Below are positions 1 through 11,763 of a stretch of DNA of 64,000 nt, piece by piece. The position numbers and the translations under genes were made by a program. The notes beneath the pieces are model-generated. The model worked only from the letters and a program-made list of their open reading frames with translations, made no database searches and was not told the origin of the DNA. The stretch is taken from the NCBI RefSeq assembly GCF_006345805.1, contig NC_042998.1:150288001-150352000 (forward strand), given 5' to 3'. Numbering within the stretch: position 1 is the stretch's first letter; the number at the start of each line of letters is the position of its first letter. This DNA is from Octopus sinensis (Eukaryota).

Positions 1-352
1 CTATGATTTTAAAAATAATTTAACATCATTTTTTATTCCATTTTAATGCATAATTTTTCGTGTGTCGATGGCGGCGGAGTTGGCGTCCACGGTCACACCT
101 GCACCTGTTTGCTTCTCCCCCCTTCTTCCCTCCCTCGTGAAGGTGTGGGGAAGGGAGTGTAAGGAAATCACGTCGTAAAGCGTTGTCAAGGAGACCAGCG
201 TTCTTTTAGAACAAACGACTTCATGGCTGAAGACACCAAAACAGAATGGCTAAGAAAGCCCGAATTGGCATCTATAAGGGAAGTAACTCTCTAAAAATGC
301 TTATATAGTTATTTCCCTTACAAACCCGAGCAACGCCGGGCGATACTGCTGT
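1..352 (+). mobile_element. 3' end of a non-autonomous Helitron-like element
   Basis: Subterminal hairpin CCCG-AGCAACGC-CGGG at 325-340, followed 8 nt later by CTGT (CTAGT-like terminus lacking one A) and then AT-rich sequence. The 5' extent is unknown. Confidence 0.5.
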
Positions 353-378
353 ATTATAGTATAATATTATATAGTATC

Positions 379-379
<1 letters not shown>

Positions 380-431
<52 letters not shown>

Positions 432-529
432 TACACATGCACATATATATATACAGATAAATATATATTCATATATACATATATATATGTATATATATAT
501 TTATATATGTACATATAGATACATATATT

Positions 530-575
<46 letters not shown>

Positions 576-603
576 TTATATATGTACATATAGATACATA
601 TAT

Positions 604-680
<77 letters not shown>

Positions 681-690
681 TATATATATA
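380..690. repeat. (TA)n microsatellite with TACA/TAGA interruptions
   Basis: Direct reading. Confidence 0.95.
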
Positions 691-881
691 AGTAATACTA
701 AGCAATAAAGGGTTTAGCAACGAATTGCCTTACACATACCGAATTTAGAAATAGCAGTCAAAGAGTTATAGCTATTTCTTCTACTAAAAAGGGAGATCTC
801 AGTAAAAACAGCAATTGGAAGGCAGACACAAACAGGTAAGAGAGAATGAATTGACGGCATCTATCATACATTTTTAAGTTA

Positions 882-987
882 TCTACGACGTACGTTTCGA
901 AATCAAGTTTTTAGGAAATCATAAGAATTAAATATTAAATATTAAATAATTCTATCTTACCGAAACTTCTTTTCTCTTCAGCGTAGA
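882..987 (-). ncRNA. Type I hammerhead ribozyme motif with long stem II (copy A)
   Basis: Minus strand: UCUACG-CUGAAGA-GAAA(AG)AAGUUU...AAACUU(GA)UUUC-GAAAC-GUAC-GUC-GUAGA. One C is missing at the cleavage site/stem I relative to copies B and C. Confidence 0.7.
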
Positions 988-1718
988 ATACTATAATCAT
1001 AAATGATTATATATTGAATTTTGAGATACTAGAAGGCACCAACTCAACTCAGTATCAGAGCGAGCTAGAATCCGCAACTAGTATCACCAAATTCAATGTG
1101 TGAATGAAACGATTGTGTCACCAGCCCCTTCCCACCCGCGTGTAGCCAAAACAAGATGCTTTTAATATTTAATATTTAATTCTTATGCTTTCCTAAAAAC
1201 TTGATTTCGAAACGTACGTCCGTAGATAACTTAAAAATGTATGATAGATTGCCGTCAATTCATTCTCTCTTACCTGTTTGTGTCTGCCTTCCAATTGCTG
1301 TTTTTACTGAGATCTCCCTTTTTAGTAGAAGAAATAGCTATAACTCTTTGACTGCTATTTCTAAATTCGGTATGTGGTAAGGCAATTCGTTGCTAAACCC
1401 TTTATTGCTTAGTATTACTTAAATTTTCCTCGAATGAGGCTTTTACATGCCGAGACTACTTGGTGTATTGATAATTATTCCAAATTAATTAATTTCACCC
1501 TTCATTATTACGGATAACCATATTTTATCTCAGTAGATGACCACAGCATCTTGTTTTGGGCTACACGCGGGGGGGAAGGGGCTGGTGACACAATCGTTTC
1601 ATTCACACATTGAATTTGGTGATACTAGTTGCGGATTCTAGCTCGCTCTGATACTGAGTTGAGTTGGTGCCTTCTAGTATCTCAAAATTCAATATATAAT
1701 CATTTATGATTATAGTAT

Positions 1719-1823
1719 TCTACGCTGAGAGAAAAGAAGTTTCGGTAAGATAGAATTATTTAATATTTAATATTTAATTCTTATGCTTTCCTAAAAACTT
1801 GATTTCGAACGTACGTCCGTAGA
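1719..1823 (+). ncRNA. Type I hammerhead ribozyme motif with long stem II (copy C)
   Basis: Stem I UCUACG/CGUAGA, stem III palindrome ACGUACGU and GUC triplet. The core reads CUGAGA and GAAC here (one A short in each); copies A and B show the full CUGAAGA and GAAAC. Confidence 0.65.
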
Positions 1824-2115
1824 TAACTTAAAAATGATGTATGATAGATTGCCGTCAATTCATTCTCTCTTACCTGTTTGTGTCTGCCTTCCAATTGCTG
1901 TTTTTACTGAGATCTCCCTTTTTATTAAAGAAATAGCTATAACTCTTTGACTGCTATTTCTAAATTCGGTTATTTTGTAAGGCAATTCGTTGCTAAACCC
2001 TTTATTGCTTAGTATTACTTAAATTTTCCTCGAATGAGGCTTTTACATGCCGAAGATACTTGGTGTAATTGATAATTATTCCAAATTAATTAATTTCACC
2101 CTTCATTATTACGGA

Positions 2116-2193
<78 letters not shown>

Positions 2194-2206
2194 GCATGTA
2201 TATGTA

Positions 2207-2272
<66 letters not shown>

Positions 2273-2614
2273 TATATCTTCATTCGCGACGTATTTATCT
2301 TATAAGATTGCCTCAACATGGGAAGTGACACATCTCACCTAAAAACTGTTTCCATTAAATTAAATAGCCTAAACCATTACAATCCCCCAAAAGCTAGGAA
2401 ATAAACAGGAACTCTGACGATTCCAGAATTAATTAAGGACATGCAAAATCTAAATGGAGTCAATAGATAAGTACGACAAACAACCATAGCTACAAAAACT
2501 TAGAAGCTTGAAAACATAACCAACTAATGAAACAACACCAAGAAAACCCTCTTCAGTTGCCTTTCTGAGTGAAAGTGCATTGCCTATGACGTTTTCAGAC
2601 CTTCCGAGACTGAG

Positions 2615-3720
2615 TCTTTTTAAACATTTCACTTAAACTGTCGCAGCTCATCACTTATAGGCAAGGCAATGGGAAATTTTCAGAGAGTCGACGTTCTGGG
2701 GAGAAAGTACTGGACACAATGGTCTGTTCAGGGTAAAACACACTAAACGTAACGAGCGGTGGAGACGCACAAGCCATATCCGAGGAACAGAAGATATTAT
2801 ATTTGCGATAAAAAAGATAAAAGGGAGGAAGTACAGCTGTGTGTCAGGGGCTGGAGTGTGTTAGCCACTGAATTCCAGTTAGTCGAGTGGTTCTTCTGTA
2901 GATGTGATTCCGAATGTTTGTGTTCGTAGTAACAGCATCATTCTAGATGTGATGTGGTGGGGAGAAAAGTATTCCCTTATGGGTCTCACCTGAATCTTGA
3001 AAAATATCTGCAACTCTCGGCGACTGAAATAGCTTCTCGGTGTGGAGAGAAGGGCCAATCTTTGCGATGCAGTCCTAACTAAGCTGAGAATGTGTTTTCA
3101 GTAGGAGAGGTCATAGATGATAGTGAAGCCCAGGATTCGGATCAACTGAGAATGCTATATTGGAGTCATGCTTCCTTTTAATGGCGTGATATTGTGTGTT
3201 AGTGTTTTCTCAGTATATGTAGTACTTGAGTTGGGGTTTTTTGCTGTTAATAGAACCTAAGCAGGCATGTCCTCATAGAAGGATGCTCTCAAGGTCTCTG
3301 TTAATGGTATCAATGGAGATGTAGCGTAAGATGTCGAGTTCGAATGTGGATAATGTATGGTTGGGAAATGTAGAAAAGAATGAAGGTGTAATGTAGATAG
3401 GGAAGAAATAGGGGGAACAAAACCGAGCTCTGAGGAAATCCATACTTGATTGTATGTAGGACACAAAGAGGTCTGTCAACATATACCACAATGGGTTGAT
3501 ATGATAGGAAGCTATTGATCCAAGAGATGAGAGATTAGTGGAGCTCGTAGACGAGAAGTTTTGACAAGTCATTTGTCTTCTTACATACGGACGAAGAGTT
3601 TTCTGTTGATTAGGGTAGCAATATTACTTCCGCTGAAATTCTCTTAGAAATTCTACTGGTGAATAACGAAAGAGTGTAGATCTCCTCTGGATCTGGTTCT
3701 GAGAAAGCCATTCTGGTGGT
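2615..3720 (-). mobile_element. Degraded L2/CR1-group LINE, reverse transcriptase C-terminal half
   Basis: Manual minus-strand translation gives SWINSFLSYQPIVVYVD and IKYGFPQSSVLFPLFL (GVPQGSVLGPLLF-like, ~3386-3450), plus later NTLQPLTH and FPRTS...ELRQFK motifs. Many stops and frameshifts. Confidence 0.75.
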
Positions 3721-3746
3721 CAGTAGAACAGAAAGAGATAGGGATA

Positions 3747-3747
3747 A

Positions 3748-3800
<53 letters not shown>

Positions 3801-3826
3801 TAGATAGATAGGTAGGTAGGTAGATT

Positions 3827-3903
<77 letters not shown>

Positions 3904-3952
3904 GTAGGTAGATAGATAGATAGATAGGTAGATAGATAGATAGGTAGATAGG

Positions 3953-4003
<51 letters not shown>

Positions 4004-4004
4004 T

Positions 4005-4054
<50 letters not shown>
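3747..4054. repeat. (GACA)n-(GATA)n compound microsatellite
   Basis: Direct reading. Confidence 0.95.
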
Positions 4055-4055
<1 letters not shown>

Positions 4056-4704
4056 GTTTCTTTATTGGCCACACAGGGCTGCACACAGATGGGACAAGTT
4101 ACAAGGAAGAGCTTTTCTTTTGGGGGATGAAAAAAACAAAAAACAAAAGAAACAAAAAAAAGGGGTGGCGTAGGTTTTCGATCAAGAGGGATCGTAAAAG
4201 GGAAGAAAAGAACAAAAAAATAAATCAAAAATTAAAAAAAATTAAAATAAAAAGGTAGATTGATAGATAGTTAGGTAGATATGTTTCTTTATTAGCCACA
4301 CAGGGCTGCATACAGATAGAACAAATTACAAGGTAGAGCTTTTCTTTTGAAGGTTTAAAAAAAAAAAAAAGGAAGGGGGGAGTTTCGATCAAAAGGGATC
4401 GTAAAAGGAGAGAACGAGGACAAAAAAAAGGGGTTTAAAAAAAAAGGGGAGAGGAAAAAAAAAAAATTGATCAATAGGGATCGTTATCACAGAAATGTCA
4501 ATATGAAGTGTAAAGGGAGGACAGGTGAGGTTTACCCGTGGAAAGAAAAGCCTACGGAAAAGACCACGGTAACCTCGGTCAATGGAGTCACATGTTATAT
4601 TTCTTTCTTTTTTTTTTTGCAAATAAGCAACTCTCTGTTTTCAATTTCTGGGTTCATAGGATCATGCTCAAGGTGGCTTCGTCATTCATACGTGCCATTC
4701 TTGC
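4055..4704 (-). mobile_element. Two tandem 3' ends of a LINE (probably Tx1/L1-like) with AATAAA and (ATCT)n tail
   Basis: Two similar copies with minus-strand AATAAA at 4061-4066 and 4288-4293, each followed by (ATCT)n. An ORF remnant ARMARMNDEATLSMIL* lies at ~4652-4704. Clade assignment is from recollection only. Confidence 0.55.
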
Positions 4705-4794
<90 letters not shown>

Positions 4795-4876
4795 TTATTC
4801 TTATGGCAGTAAGTTGTTGATAGTGACTTCGAAGTTTCGGCTAGCTAGGATAGACAGATAGATAGATGGATAGAAG

Positions 4877-4907
<31 letters not shown>

Positions 4908-4964
4908 GGGCTCGTTGCAGGGGAGTTGTGAGAAACGACAGCAAGGGAAAGATAGTTTACTGTA

Positions 4965-5473
4965 TCAGAAAGGGTTGCCTTTCATTGGAATGGAAGACAT
5001 GGTCTCGAGGATGCGATTTTTGGTAGTTTTCGTTACGTGAGGAAGTCCGGAGGCGATGAAAATGGCTTTGCTTGTTTGTCCAGGTTTCCCACGTAACTTG
5101 AGGCCAATATTCCTTAAATTCCTAGCTGTCACAGTCTTGGAGGTCCCACAATCGGATCGTTTCTTCCTTGGCGAAGGGTTCTTCAGGAATCGTCTAACAG
5201 TGTCCACACGACGATCTAACCTCTCCACAGTGACATGAAGAGAGATGACAGACTTTTCTTCATCGTTAAGGCCTTTTCCAAGTCCCATTGTTCTCAGAGA
5301 GGAGAAACGCTATTAGCGTGGTTCACCCAAAAACTATAGATTCTGAAATAACAAAGAAAGGACGTTACGGAATAATGAAAACATAACAATAGTGTTGCCA
5401 TTGTGTGCAAACCAGCTGGGAAAAATGTTTATCAAAAAAAAAAGAAATCCAAGCTATTAGCGTGGCTCTGGCT
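4965..5473 (-). mobile_element. Tc1-like transposon fragment: left TIR plus N-terminal HTH DNA-binding region of transposase
   Basis: ORF 4965-5288 (MGLGKGLNDEEKSVI...VDTVRRFLKNP...) resembles a Tc1/Tc3 N-terminus. A 13-bp repeat GCTATTAGCGTGG occurs at 5309-5321 and 5453-5465, and the end abuts TA. Confidence 0.7.
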
Positions 5474-5659
5474 ATATATGTATATATACATATAATATAT
5501 ATGTAGAGAACATTTTGTAAATAAACTTAGAAGCGATGAGTGTGTCGGTATTTAATAAAAGATAAAGGAATTTTCGAACGCATGATAGCTATCGAGACAG
5601 CTTAGAAAATCGAGTAACTACCTTTTAGAAGACGTAGAAAGGTGGACAGCAAATCTTGT

Positions 5660-5726
5660 CTGACGAGCTAGATTCATTCTGCGAGGCGACGGAACTTTAG
5701 GATGCATGAAGCTGGCTGAAACTGTT
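5660..5726 (+). ncRNA. Degenerate hammerhead-like motif
   Basis: CUGACGA, stem II GCUAG/CUGGC extended by UUCAU/AUGAA, an extra U, then GAAAC. Stems I and III are poor. Confidence 0.3.
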
Positions 5727-5796
5727 ATTAAATTGATCGTGAGCCGATCATCCCGAACCACTAAGCCTCGCGCCTTCACGCTACTCATATACATGC

Positions 5797-5827
<31 letters not shown>

Positions 5828-5829
5828 CA

Positions 5830-5860
<31 letters not shown>

Positions 5861-6049
5861 GTGTGTGTGTGTGTATATGTATATAAAAATTTGTATGTAT
5901 GCATGTATGTATATGTATATATATATGTGTGTGTGTCTGTGTGTGTGTGTATACATGTTTATACATACATACATACATATATATATATACATCATCTTAA
6001 TCATCAGTATTACTAGTTGTAGCTGCAACATCATTATTAACCTCAGCAT

Positions 6050-6096
<47 letters not shown>

Positions 6097-6469
6097 AGTA
6101 GTAGTAGTAGTAGTATCCTCATCATCATTATCATCATCATCATCATCATGAGTAGCAGTAGCAGCAGCAGCGACGATGTTGGAATGGTTGAAATGTATTC
6201 CTGATTCAAGTGGATGTAAATTTATTACCTAGATGTCGCCACTCGCTGTAAAATTACCGATATTTCTTCACAGTTAAATCTAATGTTAACGTTTCTCATC
6301 AGGTGGCGTTAGCAACATTACCAACACTGATGTTTGATGTGTCACTCTTAACTCTTTGTTCCTGATGACATTACGGCGCAGCTGCAATGATTGTTGTTGC
6401 TCAAACTGTTACTCTAGTTATTTTTGCTATTGATGTTCTTATTGTTGCTGTTGTTGCTTTGTTGTTGCT

Positions 6470-6501
<32 letters not shown>

Positions 6502-6919
6502 GACGACGACGACGGTGGTGGTGGTGGTGGTGCTGCTGCTGCTGCTGATGATGATGATGATGATTTCGCATTTTGTTTTCCTTTTGTCCTTATTGTTATG
6601 GTTACTTGTGGCGCGGGATGGGAGATTGACAGAGATTGAGCGGAGGTTTAAATGTTTTCTAGTGTTTGCTTCGACTCTTTATGGTCTACATTCAAATCTT
6701 GTTGGGGGTCAACATTTCATGTGGAAAAAAAGAAATCACCATTATTGCTATATTATTATTACTATATTTTACTTCTCAGAACTCTTACTTGCTCTGGTTA
6801 ATTCTATGAGAGCGGACAGCACCCTTTTGTCAAAGGCCTCACAATGTCTCTTTCTACAAATTATAAATTTTAGTTCTTAGGAGTTAGGTTCCATGTAAGA
6901 TACTCAACACCTAAGTACT

Positions 6920-7440
6920 AGACTCAAAATCTTAGCTGCCCCCAAAAGAGTAGTTTGGCGGGGACATATTCTGTCCTCATATCAATTCCAATTTCTCCGA
7001 CATATTACTCGAACTTGGTTGTCAGTGCCCCGACTGCCCTACAACAGTTACCCTCCTCGCTGACCACACTCTTGCAATTTCGTATTTTAGTAAATTGTAT
7101 TTTTCCACCTTTTCCAGTTCTTTGTCGCCTACGTGTGCGCTCCTAAGTATGGCAATTTCTATGATCTTAGTTTCCTTTTTCCTTTTATCTACAACAGCAA
7201 TATCTGGTCTCCGAGAATCGATTAGGCAGTCACATTGGATTATAAAATCACACAAGATCATATATTCATTGTTCTCCGTGGCGCCTTCTTGTTTGTACCA
7301 TTTCCGTGTCCTTCCTAGACCGTATTTTTCACACAATCTCTAGTGAAGAAACTTAGCCACGTTATCGAAGCTCCTTTTGTAGTGTTTTGGGGCCAGTTTG
7401 CTACACTCACACACAGCATAAGATTTTTCGTTTTTTTGCT
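6920..7440 (-). mobile_element. R4/Dong-like RLE retrotransposon 3' fragment (zinc-knuckle remnant and PD-D/ExK endonuclease)
   Basis: ORF 7022-7336: CDFIIQCDCLIDSRRPDIAVVDKRKKETKIIEIAI...KELEKVEKY. Confidence 0.8.
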
Positions 7441-7519
7441 GCACTATTTTAACATTTTTTATTGTTATCATTATTGTTATCATCATCATTATCATCATCA
7501 TCATCATCATCATCAAGTT

Positions 7520-7800
7520 AGTACATGCAAATTTAATTTGCAGGAATTTTATCATGCGGTTTGCTTACAACATGTTACCTCTAATCTCAACAATCATTCT
7601 AAGGATTCTTGAAGAGTATAGGATGGTACTCTTCTGCAGGTCGACAATGCGAGTTTCAATTCCAATCTTATTCAGTCTTTTAGGCAGCAGTTTGGATGTT
7701 GTGCCAAGTAGAATAATTATCACCTTTGACTACCACAAACTCGTCATCTCTCTCACTAGGTCCTGATATTTCCTAATTTTTAAAGTTCTTCTGTAGCCTC
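7520..7800 (-). mobile_element. R4/Dong-like extreme 3' fragment with (GAT)n tail
   Basis: Minus-strand remnants similar to the end of the RLE ORF, running into (CAT)n at 7470-7515. Confidence 0.5.
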
Positions 7801-7866
7801 TCTATTTTCACACTATCTACCATCTTACACTTTATTTTTTTCTTTTTAATTCTATGACCATATCTG

Positions 7867-7926
<60 letters not shown>

Positions 7927-8026
7927 TATATATATGTATATATACATACACATATATATCTGATCCCACTGCTTCAGAGTCATTACTACTACTACCACCA
8001 CCACCACCACCACCACCACCACCACC

Positions 8027-8130
<104 letters not shown>

Positions 8131-9111
8131 CGCTACAGTGGGGGTTATTTTTACCTTATTTCACTAGTTCCACTTTCCAGAATTAGTGGACCCCATACTT
8201 CTATTTTAATTCTGATATATCATACCAGAAAATTCTTACCAGAGCTCATCTGAATTTTAATAATAAAAATGTCGTAGTTCATCTAGCAGAACCTCGAGAC
8301 TATCCTAAATTCTCTTCGGTCTTCAAATTTGGAAAATACTTTCCGAGAGATTCTAACAAACTGCAAAGATAATTTTTAATGCTGTTGCGGATTTCAAACT
8401 AGATCCTCCTTTAACTCATACAGGAAATCACTTGGAATCGGAAATTGGTTTAAAATATTTTCTTCCGCTGAACGACACCATTTTATGTTCAACTTCAAAA
8501 AATATTTACTTCTTTTCCCTTGCAGAGATAAATAAACTTCGTTCTGTTGTATGAAAATATCGGTGAAATATGTAACTGTTGATAGAAATTGCCGTACTTC
8601 TTAATCTCTTGGATAATCGAAATATATGATCGATAAAATAGGTTAACAGCCCTTTACGCGATCCAAACATTATCACAAGACTATTATTTCGCAGGAGCCT
8701 TCTAACGTCTGTATACAAGTGTTCAGAAGACAACCAGTATTTTCACAAAAGGTTTTTAAAATGCGTTTGCCATGATTGAGGATCTCGCGAAATCCGATTT
8801 GTGGGTAACTGAAATATTTTTTGCTAATAATGCATATCTGAAAAAAATACAATGAATTTGTTATTGTTTTTTTTTTCATTTATACTGCAAGTGCAAATAT
8901 TCTTCATTCATATTTTACCATCAAAACTTAATCTTGTGATAATGCTTCGGGCTCTGTCCCACTACATGACAGCTTTGCCATGTGACTTCTATTATAGACC
9001 CAAGTCGATTAATGCTTCGTGAATGAATTTAATTGACGAAAACTGTGTAACAGCCCATCACATATATGCACGCACAGACACATGCGCGCGCGCACACACA
9101 CACACTCATAT

Positions 9112-9164
<53 letters not shown>

Positions 9165-9240
9165 CGCCACTAGCTGTAACTGAGGGTGCCGAAGCACCTG
9201 ACATTTCGATTTAGCAAAACCATAGAGTGATTGATTAGTC

Positions 9241-9285
9241 ACTGCTGACGACGAGCTTACGGCAGATAAACGAAACTAGTCTAGT
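9241..9285 (+). ncRNA. Degenerate minimal hammerhead motif in a pLTR-like repeat (~9165-9400)
   Basis: ACUG-CUGACGA(CGA)-G.UUA-CGGCAGA-UAAAC-GAAAC-UA-GUC-UAGU. Stem III is the palindrome ACUAGU; there is a 3-nt duplication in the core. Confidence 0.45.
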
Positions 9286-9470
9286 CCAGTGATCCAGTGT
9301 GTCGTTAGCCAGCTGGAGATGTCTTCGTGTGGCTATAAACAACAGTACCATCGTCCCCTATGGGTCCACCATATTTAGGTAGAAAATATACTTCACGCTT
9401 CCGTGCTGCTATTGTTTACTTCTAGCTCAGAGATTTATAATTGCTCTCTCTCTCTCTCTATCTATCTCTC

Positions 9471-9551
<81 letters not shown>

Positions 9552-9778
9552 ATGTGTGTGTGTGTGTGCGTGTTTGTGTGTGTGTGTATGTATGTATGTA
9601 TATGTATATATTTATATTTATACATATAATGAAGAAATTGTGCAAAATGTGTAAATGGATGATAAATAAAGCACCGGCAGTTTCGATTACCGTAGATTTA
9701 CTGCAGGAACTTCGTAGTGGCGGTCGGGGAAACCGTAGTAATGAAATAGGAGATGGAATTTGTAATAGACTTTATTGG

Positions 9779-9820
9779 GTACAACACATGTTTCGATCCG
9801 TTCTGGGTCTCTTCGGGTAC
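9779..9820 (-). ncRNA. Minimal type I hammerhead motif, CCGAAGA core
   Basis: Minus strand: GUAC-CCGAAGA-GACC-CAGAAC-GG(A)UC-GAAAC-AUGU-GUU-GUAC. Confidence 0.6.
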
Positions 9821-10483
9821 ATCAATAAAAAGTCTCACTAGAGATTTCTTGAGCCGGCTTACGTACCGCTATATGTCCATCAAATTCGAGAATGAGTAAA
9901 ATCAGAGAAAAATTATTGAAACGCAAAAAATTAAAATACGAACGTGGGAAGTATACATTCTAGTTTAGAGAAAATGACGTAATCAGCTTTCGCTGTTAAG
10001 AGAAAGAAAAGGAAGTAGAAGTTGACAGGAAGATAACACAGAGATGAAAATTTGTTTTGTGTTCGTGCTTAGACGCATATATACATACACAGAGATATAC
10101 GCGCTCACACAGGCACATCCATGTATATGGGCATATACATACAACCAGATACACGCGCATACGCACATGTATAGATGAATATATACATTTTATGTGTGTA
10201 GGAACACGTATACGCGGGTACACACGTGTATATATACATAAATATACGTACATAGCATATATAAATATGTGCATAGAATCGTACGTAAAGCAAGATACAT
10301 ATAAAGCTTATAACACACACATACACACACGTGTTAATACACTTACATATACCCATAAGTAAATATATATACATACATACATGCATGCATATATACATAT
10401 ATATTATATATTATATATATATATACATATGTGTGTATGCATATGCACTTATAAAAACGCAAATGCGCACAGATGAATATGCA

Positions 10484-10572
<89 letters not shown>

Positions 10573-11763
10573 TACATATATACATATACATATATGGATC
10601 TAGATTGCAAGATCATATGTCAAATGCAAGTTATTCGAATATGGTTCCTCAAGTTCATGTGTATTAAGATTTGTGGGCGTCATGTATACATCAAGTGTTA
10701 TGTATGGTTGGGATTGTAATATGTGAATGTGTATGTAACTGCGTGTAGGCATCTGGGTAAATGTTCAATAAATTGTTAACATTATCGAGAGTGACTCCTC
10801 GGAGCATAACTGGCATTTCCGGGACAGAGTATTGTAGGGACTCGCGTGTAAGGTCGTATTTTGTCTTCGCTTGCCTGCGTGTGTTTATAAATTACTGTTT
10901 GGCAAACAGCAGCACGCATCAACATTCCTATAATCGAGAACAAGTTTTCTTGTGACATTCATCAACCCGGAGTAACTTTGATTGAGGGGACACACAAAAA
11001 GGTCGAAACACTTTAAGTGTCTTAAAAAACCCTTACAGCAATGAATCGCTGGTATTACGAACATACATCGTCTAACAGCAGATGGTGTTCTCTCATGAGC
11101 GAAATCAACAGCGATCAGCATATTCACGTCCGAAACTACATCAATGAATTAAGCATAAAATAAATGCTTTATGGCTATACTATATTTCATATGTATGAAT
11201 ATTTTCCCGCATGGTTAAGTTCAGCTCACTTCGCTACAACACACACGTGCGTGCAGATATGTGCAAATGTGTGTGTTTGTGAGAGACAGAGAGAAAGAAA
11301 GAGCAGTGTATGTGTGCGTCTATGTGATGACTATACTGGTGTAAGTCGCTGTGTTGAGTTGTATCCCTTTTCTCAGTAAATGGTGATGTACCCGTTAATA
11401 TACGTATCATGTAAAAAACTTAGTGGAATCCCTATAGCAGATAAGAAACTTTTGATGATGGTGCTCCACTATGGTCGCAGTTTACTGCCTGCAAAGTAAC
11501 ACTGAATGTATGTATATATACCTACATGTATATATATATATATGTATATATACCTACAGGTATATATATATATATGTATATATATATACAAATTGAGATA
11601 GGGGTTGTAAATGCAACCCTCCATGGGATAACATATATCCAAAATACTGCTAGTGAAGTACCCAACAAAGTTAATACATAAATGTTACTGATTGCGATCC
11701 AATCAATTCATTTACTGTATTGTATGGGCAGAGGTAAAATGATTTACCACAAATTACTAATAC

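Larger units (their letters stand above)
691..2118. mobile_element. Three-copy array of a Penelope-like pseudo-LTR: inverted copy A (691-1160, -), truncated copy B (1161-1518, +), copy C (1519-2118, +)
   Basis: 691-1160 is the reverse complement of ~1546-2020, and 1161-1518 is a direct repeat of ~1760-2118. Copies differ mainly by 1-nt indels and contain an HHR motif. The PLE assignment is inferred from geometry plus HHR. Confidence 0.7.

Noticed and set aside
1742-1752. GTAAGA splice-donor-like site inside the HHR stem II
   Set aside because: PLEs can retain introns, but no matching acceptor or transcript evidence is available and the motif is short.
4819-4840. Half hammerhead GAAAC-UUCGAA-GUC (minus strand)
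   Set aside because: No CUGANGA or stem I partner upstream; the sequence runs into microsatellite.
6285-6306. CUGAUGA directly followed by GAAACGUU (minus strand)
   Set aside because: No stem II and no stem I pairing; likely chance.
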